IMG/VR virus record: IMGVR_UViG_3300005805_000063
Span: 1-64,000 of that record
DNA length: 64,000 nt
Source of the DNA: a virus
Taxonomy: Duplodnaviria > Caudoviricetes
Reading direction: 5' to 3' (one strand)
The translations under genes and the position numbers were made by a program. Every line of letters begins with the position of its first letter. The first letter of the stretch is position 1. The notes beneath the pieces are model-generated. The model had not been told where the DNA came from and made no database searches. It saw only the letters and a program-made list of their open reading frames with translations. Of this stretch, positions 18,661 through 30,600 are shown one piece after another.

Positions 18661-21600
18661 CTATCTTGGATTTACGTAACTTCCGCTTACCTCATCGTAG
18701 ACTTTAATTGAGCATTTTGCCATGTTGTTCTCAGTCTCTTTATTAGTCGTATAAGGGACAAACTTGTTTTTTCCAACATTCATTAATGCCCTCTGAATCC
18801 GGTCGTTTACAGGCATTTGACTGTTTTTAAACGCAAGATACTCATATTCTATATTAAAATTTTCGTATTGCTCAAGCGTTTCAAAGGCATTATAGGGCAA
18901 GGCAGTCGAGTAGGTGCCATCGGCTAATTTGACCGGGGAAGTCCACCTTTTCATTCTGAAATTGACTTCTAATACCTTTTTATCAACCCGGACAACAGGA
19001 TTGTTATTAACCATAATAACAGCTGCTGCGTAAGGAGATATCGATAATTTATTGATATAAGTCACATACTCAACATTGATAGGCTCCTTAAAATCCTTTG
19101 AGATATAAGTTTTCTTTCCTACCAATTTTGCAGGGTTCTTTTCAAACTTAAAGTCTGAATAAGGTATTGCAAGATTATTTAATTTGGCCCTGCCATGTTC
19201 ATTTGCAATTTCCTGATTAATTGCATCTGCAAGACTCTTGTTAGGAATGTTAACTTCATAATCAAGGAAATTGATATAATCTGATTTATCATCGATTGAC
19301 ATCAGACTGGTAAATGAGCCTTTTGAATTTCTATCTCTTGTTACAATGAGATTGTAAATAAACAGACGTTTGCGGTCAATAGGCTCAAGTCTCTGAAATT
19401 CTTCCATGTATAACGCACGCAAGTCATCATTCATGTCATAGAAATCATACATCCTGATTTTTGATTCTTTTGTAAAATCATTGGTATCCAAAGTCAAATC
19501 CTTTATGAATTCGTTATCTGGATATTTTGACTTAAGATTCAAAAGACTGTTGTTGACTTCATTAATAAACTGAATCCGACCCTCGTATGAACCGAGATTT
19601 GCAGTTGTAATCAAAGAGGTATCTCTTGAGTTCAGATAGGCGTGAATGTACATTCCATGAACAGTGTTATAATCCCTTGTAAAGTTTTTTGGATTATAAC
19701 GATAATTAATTGAAACGCCTTCCTTAGGCTCTGAAAGCAAAGCCTCATTTCTCAAATTCTCACTAGTCACAGCATATATAGTATTATACGCTTTGATGTC
19801 CTTAAACATATTATGAGCCTGAGCGATTGCTTCCTGATATGCACGCATGTGAGGAGCATTGTCAAATATCTCAAGAATATTGTTGTCGTGATTTCCAGTA
19901 GCAATCAGAGAATCATACAATTTTATCTGCCTCTCAGCATAGCTGCGGTCATCTGAGAAGAATCTTTCAAAATTAAATGGTTCGGTCTGTAAACCTGCTT
20001 TTGAGTAAGACATGTTTACATAATTCTCAAGAGTCAGGATATGAGATGCAATATCTTCCATCGTGATAGGGATATCACGATTAATAAGACTTTGGGTCAA
20101 TACATCCCATTCTGTTTTATACAAATACAACTTCTGCATCTCAAGGGGTTGACTGTTAATGTTAAACCCTTTAGTTGAGTTGTATTCTTTTGACTTCCTT
20201 ATTGCATCAAAGAATGGTTTTTTTGCATTGATATATTCAGCAATTTGGGAAATGCTCATTCCTGTAGATACAAGATAGCTTATGTACGGAGCAGTAATTT
20301 GGTCAAATGACAGAGGACCAAGTACTCCTTCGTTTGCATTATCAACAGCTGCAGAAATCAGAGATGCAAAATTCTCCCAAATCTTATCCGGTTCGCCGGA
20401 GAAATCTTTTCCTTCTTTAATTTCCTTAAGTCTCTTTGCAAGATAGATGACATTATATGCTTTTGCACCATTTGCAAATATGCCTACAAGATTTTTACCA
20501 CCTGCCTGATTCATTTCGTGGATTTGCAGAAGCGACATCAGATGGTCAAACTTAAGTTTCTGCTCTTCAGAAGAACCTTCAAGAATAACTTCTTTCAAAG
20601 CTCGTAACTCTGTCATTACATCTTCCAATGTAGTGTTAAGTTCAATGAGTGATTTTGAATCGGACAAAACATCATTCATTGCTCGTGCAAGCTCGTTCTT
20701 CTGAGCTATCTTTTGGATAGCTTTCAAATCCTCTTTTGAGAAATTCTTAACTGATTTAATCTCATTAAGATTAGATTCAAAAGGAATCAATCCGGTAGGG
20801 CGTACATTCTTTACAACAAATTGAGAGTAATTGGGATTTCTAGGATCATAGGTCTTAATCTCACGACCTCCTTTAACGGTCGGGTCAACCATAGTATATT
20901 CCTTAATACTCTGATAGGTTACATATGAACCTTTGTCATAGTCTTGGTCAGCACCCTGTACAGTAAACAATTCGGCAGGTACCATAACTGAATTCATCGA
21001 CCCTTGGAAGAATCCTGCAATTACAGTCGAAACGGCAGAGTGCTTTCCAGATGTAGGAATCCTTGCCATTACTCCTTCAAGACGTGTCCTGAAAGACTCA
21101 TACATCAGTTTTGCCCTCTTCTTTTTGTTATCAGAAATTATCTTTGAATTGAATTCGTCTGGAGTTAACAGTTTTTGCAAGAAATACCTCTCATTGATTT
21201 CGTCAATTGGAATATTATTGGCAATAACATCATCCAATTCAAAGTCCTCAAACATTTCGGCAGGAAGAAGGATTTCGGCAAATCCCTTTGACCATTTATC
21301 ATTCCTAAGTGAGTTGTTTATTGTTTCTTGGTCAATCCCAGTTTCATACATCTCAGTCAGTGAAACTCCATCCTCACGAACAGGAGACTGCCATTTAAGT
21401 CTGCGTGAAGTGATTTTATATTTTTGTGTATCTAAGTTTCTAACTTGAGATTTAAGAAGAATCCGTTTTACAGGCGATTTTGTAGTTATATTGGCTTGTG
21501 GTTGAGCAAATGTATTAGCGTATACATCACGTATAGCTTGTTTACCTTGTTCAGTAATTTGTCTAGTTCCAATTCCAGCAAAATTCTTTTTAAGAACAGG

Positions 21601-24600
21601 TACTGCAGACTGAACAAACATCTGACCGTTCCAAGTATACCAGTTGTTATCTTTTTGGTTAAATACATGGATTTCACGGTTATTAGCCTGACCCATAGCA
21701 ACCGCCCAACCAGTACCACCCTCTACAGTTTTCATATCCTCACTAATAGGAGCAACAGCTACAATCTGTTCAGAGTTTTTAACTTGAAACCAGTTACGGG
21801 CAAGAAGGTTAATTGTCTCAGTTTTCTGAGGATTTTTACCAAGTACTACCGCAGCTTTACGCATCTCAGCAATACCTTCCTGAAGCTGCTCTTTAGTAAG
21901 AAGTACATTACCTTTAGGAGTCTTATTTCCATAGTAGTAATGCTGATGATTTACAACCCCGACTTTTCTACCCTCATCGTCCCATATAGAATCTGCACCT
22001 AAAGCACCACCAGAGTGGTTAGTGTACTCGGCTGGATTATTTATTTCATATATAGTAGGTTTAACAGCAGATTGACCAGCTTGTGGTTGAGATAAAGCAG
22101 CTAGTTCTGCATCATATTTAGCGTTTATTACATCTTCTATTGTAAATGCAGCATAGACCTGTCCACCCATTAATCTAATGGTAGCACCTTCTGGTAAATT
22201 AATCTGTTTACCATCAATAGTAAATTCAACCCTATTATCTTCTTTACTAGCTTTAATATAAGTAATATTCCAGCCGAAATTATCTTTAAAAAATTTACCT
22301 ATTTTAGATAGTTTCTGTTCGACAGTTACACCTTCTGGAGCAATTACTTCACCATACTCTTTGGTTAAAGTTTTACTTTTTTCTATATCAGCTTTCTTAT
22401 CAGAAACAGAAACTTTACTACGTTCAATAATAACTCCATTAATAAAATCAGGTATATCTACCATACCACGCATAGAGCCATCCGCTTTTACAACTTTTCC
22501 ATTTCTAAAATAAGTTACTCTTCCATTTGGTTCAATTAATTTATCGCCTTCTTGAAGTTGTTTTTTAAAATTTTCTGCTATCTCATTATTTTTGTCTGCT
22601 TCTACAGAAGATAACGCTTTACCACTTTTACCTTTAGCTCCACCAAGTTCACGAAATGTAAAATAACGTGGTATTTCTATTCTTTCTATATCAGCTTTCT
22701 TAGCTTCTACTTCCGCATACTGAGAGTATAGTTGTTGAGCTTGTTGTTTATTTTTTAACTGCACTTCAAAGTAAGAACCTTTATCAATAGCGTAACCTTT
22801 GTCTAATAAAGATTTCCAAACTTTATTTGCAGATTTATTAATATCTGCTTTGCCAAAAGCTTCTGATTTTAAGGTTTTACCTTCTTTAGCTAATTGTTCT
22901 GCTAAAGCAATATATACTTTTGTTCCATACCCTTTACCTTGAAATTCCTTTTCAAGTTCTACACCAGCCATACCTATAGAAGATGATATATAACCATTTT
23001 TATCTACAGATATTACACCTGCATATTTCCCATTTATTTTAATAGGATACGATGTTGCCTCAAAATTATCAGGATTAAATCTTGGTTCATCTAATTGTAT
23101 TTCAGAAGTATTAGGCGCGGCTTCTTCTGTAGATATCTCTTCAACTTCATAAACATCCATCAAAGAAGGATGGATTACAAAATGACCACCTTGTAACCCA
23201 AAGGCAACCGCTGAGTTACGGATGTTAGTTGCAATTGTTTGAGTATACTTTGGAGCAATTGTCCTGTCATTAATTGACAGACGATTTACTGAAGCAGCAT
23301 CGGTTCGATAATTAGACCCATCAGTTGAGAGTAAATCCTCTCTCATGATTTCGCTAAAATATTTTACCCTTTCAGCAACTTTCATTTTACTAAGTTCCTG
23401 AATATATGACTTTGTCATATCAGACAAAGTATCATAGAACTTCTTCAGAACCGGAGAGTTGACCCAGTTAATTGCTATGGCGTTGACTAATTGGGTCAGT
23501 ACATTTACCTCCATTCCTTGAGACGGGTCTTTGGCACCATCTTGCTGGATACCCTTCATTGTAATATCAATGGTGGATACCTTAGGATTTGGGTCTGAAA
23601 GTTTGTTTACTCCTCGCTGACCAGTCTTTTCAGAAGATTGAAAAATAGCTTCATCAACAATATAGTCTTGAAAACCATTCTCAACCATTATGTCCATTGC
23701 CTTTTCAAAAATACCTTCTTGCTTTGTTGCATTTGAAAAATTAGGATTCATTCCTAATGCAATGATAAGCTGATAAGCATTTGACACAGATTCGCCATTG
23801 ACCTGAATGACTTCGGGGAAAGTCATAGCAGAGGTCATCTGAACAAATTTTTCTATTACAAATTCGTTTCCGTTTTCAAGAATATACGGAGTGATTTCAA
23901 ATTCGGCATTCTTAACAAATGATTTTGTTCCTGATTCAAAATCATTTGAATGAGTGATGTTCTTCATAACAGGACCTACAAAAGGACCTGCGTCAAGTGC
24001 ACTTGAGTAATTCTGTTTTATTCTGGTAAATGGTGTTACCAGTGTAGCACCATCCATCCATTTTTGAGATACAATTTGACCGTTTGAAAACTTAAGTACA
24101 TTATTAATAGGGTCTTCAAAACGCATTACATTTGCAACCCTTGAAAGCTTTTTACCTTCATACATCAATGAGTATGGAAGAGGCTTTCCAGGATTTTGTT
24201 GCCTGAACAATGCAACGTCAGCTGCCCAATTTTTATTCCTCAGTATAAAATACGACTCGGGAGAAATCAAAGACTTAGAGCGTTTTACCATGTCGATAAA
24301 AGCTTTCTGTCCTGACTCCTTATACTGGTATTTTGGACCATTCATTAAATGCTGAAACTCTCCACTAAAGAGTAGCCAGTTGGCGTAGAAGGTTTTAATA
24401 AACTCTTCCGGAGTAGCCTTACTAGAAGTTATAGCTATTTGGTTGTAAAGAGTTACGCCACCACCTCTTTGATTCTTTGAATATTCAACAACTTTCTGTG
24501 CATCTGCAAGAATACGGTCTATAAAAGCCTGTTTATTTGCAGGATTCATGTACATATTAATGTCATCAATCAATTCTTGTTTGATTGACAAAGGTCCTTT

Positions 24601-27600
24601 TACAGACTTCTCATTGTAATGCACACCGGATACCATATTAGGGTACGATATCAAGGTGTTGATTTGGTCTTCAGTAAGTTTTGAAAGTATAGAATTAAGT
24701 TCTCCAATGCTTTTTGCAGAAATTCCAACTTCGCGATAGTCATTCAAAATTTTGAATTCCAAACCAGCATAATACTTGGTTCTGCTATCAAACAAATCTC
24801 CAAGTGTTTTTTCTGCTGGCTGCAGGAAATTATTTGAATAGAAAATTGGAGATATCTCCTGACTTGCATCTGCATAAACTGTAATCGGGAAAGTAGCTTC
24901 GTTTCTTCCGTTTTCAATCTGAGTTACATACCCCTCAATCAAATAGAGGTCAAGAAGTTCAGGAACAGTTAGCTGACTTACCGACTTAGTAAATTCAAAT
25001 CCGTTTTTATTAATTTTAAATCCAAGATGTGTAAACGGAGGCTTTGAAGAAATTCCATAGGAGGAGTTTCCATCCACCAAAAGATTTGTCTGAAGTAGTG
25101 GACTTTTCTGAGCACTTGAAACAACATGTTTCAAATGGAAAATAGGAGCACTATCTCGAAGACCGTACTGACGTTTTCCAGTCCCATCTTTAAATGAGAA
25201 GTCATTTCCTAATCCTTTTGCAGAAACAAACTGCTCAATTATTTTATCCATTACCAATCCAAGGGACGGCAAAGAGGCCTGCTTTTTATTGTAGTTCTTT
25301 ACAGAAGCAAAGAAGTAATCCTGAATCTGACCAAGAATTGTAGGGTCTACTGCAATGGCATCTTGAAGCATTTCAGATGTAAATCCTTCAAATCCCATGC
25401 CCTTGAGCATGCGTAAAGCATTCTCGGGAGTTACATTTTTTTCAACTGTATAGAGTTGACCATTGAGATTTACATCACCGTTAGAAACTGAAATTCTTCC
25501 TGTGCTAAGGATTCTTGCGAACTTGTCCAGGAATTGAGTTTTGATGTACTGAGGATTAAATCCACCAATTGGAAGCTTAGCCGTTCTTTGCTCACTAGAT
25601 GTATTCTCGTCATAATAAACGTTAACATCTACAAATCCAGGTGAATAAACTTGACCTTTGGTAAGAAAGCTGAGTATTGCGTTGGTTAAATTCTGACCAG
25701 CAGGCGTCTCTACTCCACGAGTAGAGTAAGTAAGGTTATTGGTTTGTGACCCTGTAACAGATGAGGGTTCTGGGGATTTTGAGAAGAATCGCTTATAGAT
25801 GGCCTTTGCCTCTGGCAATGAGGAGTTGCTTAAAACTTCTGCAATTTCATCCAATGTTCTAATGGCCTGTCCGTCTGAATTTGTGTTATTCTTAATCAGC
25901 TTAAGGACATTGGATATATTCTTAGAGGTGATGTAATTTCCATTTGCAAGTCTGGTATTGTACAGATAAGTTTTTACAATGGAGTTCATGCCATCTCCAA
26001 GGAGATTCTCCATTTCTTTTTCTGCAAAAGAACCGGATTTTGACAGGTCATTTCCGTAGTAATACTCGTCTTTTGAACTATTATATTTTATAGAAGGAAA
26101 GTACTGTGCCAGTAATCCATTGAAATTGCTTCCCAAAGCATACTGAATTCGAGACTCAGTATTTGTCTTTTGGGACATGAGATTGCCATTTGACAAATAA
26201 ATCTTTTTCAGATTTGTCATTGCCTCGTTTGCATCAAGGATTCTGGGAGTTCCGCCTTCAGGAACTGTCAGAACAAGATGGCTTGCAACAACATCCTTCT
26301 TGAATTTATCAATTGCTTTTCTTGCAAGGTTAGGTTGATTTGGAAATTCCCTCCTTCTGAATTCAACAATTGAAATCGGATTTACTGAGATGGCCGGTCC
26401 TTGTACAGATTCTTGTACACTTTGTTGTACAGTTTGTTGTACAGTTTTACCAACTGGTTGAACCGGAGCAGCTTCCTTATTTTGAGTAGATATCTCAGAA
26501 AGAACTGCCTCAATTGGAATCTGTATCTTAGGAAGATCCAATTTAAAGTAGTTTGCAGAAATAACCCTATTGAGGAAATTTTCCTGATATGGTACAGATT
26601 GAGCATAAAGATTTTGCTCAAATCCTGAACTACCTTTTGACAAAACCGGACTAAACCGAAGACCTCTTGAGAAGGCTTTATTCTCCATCATAGCCATTAA
26701 GAGTTTCCTCTTAGGCTCTGAGTTCATATTTAAAAGTTTCTTTGCGTCCTTCTCAAGAGAGATTTTAACATAATCATCTAGCAAATACTCAACTGGATAT
26801 CCGCCCTCAACTCTTATCTTTTTACCATTGGCAAGAATTACTTCATGCGCTTTTCTTTCGACATCCATCTTCTTCAAGAACATGTCTACTTGAGGGTCTT
26901 TTTTAGACAGCTCTTGTTTTACATTATTGAAAATCTCTTCGTAAAGACGTTTGCCCTTTGACCTAGGTGATTGCCAAAATGAATTGTAGAGATTTTTAAA
27001 TTCAGCACTTGTTGCTTCGTAGTAGCCTTTCTGATTTCTACTATAAAACGGAGAAAGTAATTCAACAATTTGGTCCAAGCTCAATGACTCACGATTTAGA
27101 GTCATTGTTTTGATGTCGTCTCCTAAAACATCAAATTCATTGTTATACATCTGCCTGGCCGAGTGTTTATAACTCAGTGCAACAAATGGCTCTCCTTTCA
27201 GTACGGATACTTTTCCTTTTGAATTAATTATGTCAGCCGTTGCTATTAAAATAGGACTTACAGCAATTCCTTTTGACTTTGCCTCTGATAAGATATTTGA
27301 GTATGTCTTTTTATCAACGGCTTCAGATTGCTTATTTCCATCCGGAGATACATTTTTTGAAGAAGATTCATTTTCAATAAAAGGGTGAAAGAACTGACCC
27401 GCCCGTAATATATTATTTGAAACCGGATATGTTGCTACAATATCCTTTGTTTCACCTTGCGTAATAATATTAAGATTTCGCAAGGTTGTTTCAACCTTCT
27501 CACCTCCGGCACGATATATTACACCAAGCACAGCCCGCTTGTTATCCGGAGTAACTGCTTCAAGAAAGATTGCGTACTTTCCATTGAATTTGGAGGAATC

Positions 27601-30600
27601 AATTCTTGCATCTGCAACATATCCCGGAGAACCTATTTTGGCAATTGTAACCTGATAGTTTGAGTTATCGCGGACGCTTGGATTAAACAGAATTGATTTC
27701 TTTATTTCCAACTCACCCTGAACATCATAGAATGTATTTAACAATACCCTGTTTTCGGTATTGGTCATTGCATTCATTATCCTGCGGTAATCAGCCATCT
27801 CCAAATCATCCTGACTTACAGGGCTAGGAGCAGAAGTTTCAGTTGTTGTTGGTGTCTGAACAACTGGAGGAACGGCCTGAGAAGGAGTTTTGATTGTCTC
27901 CGCAGGATTAAAAGAAGAATCAATTGTTTGGCCTTGAAGGATGCTGTCAATTTCACCAAGCATGGTCTGCTGTGAAATTTCAGGAGGTGTCATTGGCTTA
28001 AATTCCTTAACTACCCCCTCAACAGAGCTTACAGGCATTGAAGGAGATGCGTAAACAATCACACCTTTCTTTGCCCGTGTAACGGCTGTATATACTTCTT
28101 TCTGACGGATACTTGAGCCAAATATTTCACCATCAGAAGTATCAACAACCACATAATCCCATTCATCACCTTGAGATTGTACGCTATCAAGTACATTCAG
28201 TGAAAGTGCACTTGCAGAAGATACAGCTGTATTTTCAGGATTAGCATTGATGTAAACCATTGAAGAGAGATTCTTTTCACTCTTCAGTTTTGTTGCCAAG
28301 TCAACTACTAATTTTTCAAGTTCTTCTTTATTGCTTACAAAGCGGACTCCGTTAAAATCCTTATCGTAATTCAGAGCAATATTTGAAGGAAGAGCATTGG
28401 AAAACTGGGAATTCCTTAAAGCATTTTCAAGAGCTTTTAAAGGATTGTTTACAGACCTGAATGAGAATGTCAGCCTCGGAGTTGATGGTACAGAAATTAC
28501 AGGACTTGTAATTGAGTAAGTAGTTTTGCTGTTTTTCTCCCTAAATCCATTTTGTGCTTCATCATAAGTATAAATTAAATGAACTGGATTATTTGGACGG
28601 GATTGATTTACTCTTAAAAGCTCAGTGTTGATTTTATTCAATTCACTTGCACTCAGCAAAGCGGCTTCATCAAATATGATTGCAGATACATTTTTAACCT
28701 CATTGGATTTCAAGATATCAATAAGGCTTGAATCAGAATGCTGAATAAAATCAGGCTTTCCTTTAAAGAACTTTTCTACATCACTACGAACCTTCTGTAT
28801 TTTCTTTCCTGAAGGGTCTTTATAAGCAGTTACAATGACATTTCCACCTGTCATTTTATTTATCATAGCTGCGATAAAAGGAATTTCCGTAACCGTTTTA
28901 CCTGTTCCGGGGCCTCCGTTTACTGCAGAAGTATAACTTAAATGAAACAGTTCTCTGCTAGAATTTTTTACCCTGAAGTCATAATTACCAGCCATTGCAT
29001 TTCGCAATGCCAATTCTGCAACAAGCTGATGTTCCCTGGTAGGGGTTTTGACATCGGGTTTAAGTTCAGCAATTACCTCGCGTGCTGCCTGAACAAACTT
29101 TGTTGGGTCGTTTGAAAGAACAGCACGAGCGTAATCATAGGTATTCTTTGCCAAAATACCTTCATCGGATAACAATTCCGGGTCACCTCCCTTAAATGTC
29201 TTTTGAAGTTTCTGCAGTACTTCGGTTCTCTGACTTCTAACAAAGTCAAACATCTTTTTATCAACCTGAAGTGACTCTCGACGATAGCTGATATAATCTT
29301 GCTTATCAAGAGCTTCCTGCATTTCTACTTCATGCTCAGAGAAGATTTCGCCTATTTTTGGAATATCAGTCTCAAGAAGCTTTACAAAATTCTGTAAAAC
29401 ATTAAACTGCTTCTCAAGTGACTTTATATAAACCTGAAGAATCCTTGCATCGGTATTCTTTTCATTTTCATCAGAAAGAGCTTTGAGTTGTGCAAACTGG
29501 CCTTTCAGAGTGGCCAATGTCAACAGTGCATTCTTAGTATCATATACTTCTGCGCTGATAATTTCATTGTAACCTTTCTTATTCTTAAGAGCGTAGTTAC
29601 CTAATACTTGGGAAATCCTGTCGTCAATTACCTGTATAATACGGTCAGGCTCAGGGCTTACAAACATTTTAGAAAGCCTGTCAGACTCTTCTTTAGGAGT
29701 TCCGGTTAATTGACCAGCAGCTCTGGCAAGCTCTTCCAATTTAGATTCTAAAGGAACGGTTGATTTACCATTCTCAAAATCATAATATAAATGAGAGTCA
29801 CCCTCAATATCAGGAGCTGTTTTATAAGTTTTCTTTTGAGAAACTTTATTTACTAATTCCTCGGCTGCAAACAAAGGAGCAACTTTTGCATACCACTCCT
29901 CATTCTTATAAGGTTCAACTGCTCTTTTTAATACTTCCTGTGAGAATCGGAAACTAAATTCCGGATTTGACGTATGTACAAGAGAAGCATCAAAATCTTC
30001 ATCATCTGCAAAGATTTCATTAATGATGTTATCAACTCCTGAGTTTTTATAATTTTCTACTTCCTGATTTCTGCGGGCATTTGCCTCATCCAAAAGACGC
30101 TGTTTGGCATCTGGAGTTATGTCAAGCTCATTAAAGTTGTCCAAATTTGCTTTGGCTGAGTTTTGAATAAGCTCTTGATTTCGCTTTGAAACCTCAGATT
30201 TCAACCTGTCACGATTGTTCCTTGAATCAGTATTCATCAAGGTGAATAACTTACCATTAAAATGGTCGTTATTTCGTAATCCAAATTCAGTCAGACCTTC
30301 AATTCCCAAATCTGAGGAGTCAATAACTGTTGATTTCAGATGTGGATTACTCTCGACATTATAGAGACCTTCAGTAATATATCTTGAAACCTGAGACCCG
30401 GAATTAAATTCAGAAATCTCAGCTTTTTTAGCCTCGACTTGTTTGGTGAGATTTTCAATCAGCTGTTTGTCATCTGCTTTTTCTGCATTTTCAAGCTGAT
30501 TGGTAAGAGTTGCTAGTTCATTTTGCAGGATGATTTTATCCCTGCCAATTGAACTGGATTTTAATATATCCGCAAAAATGCCTGCTTTCTTCTCATTGTT

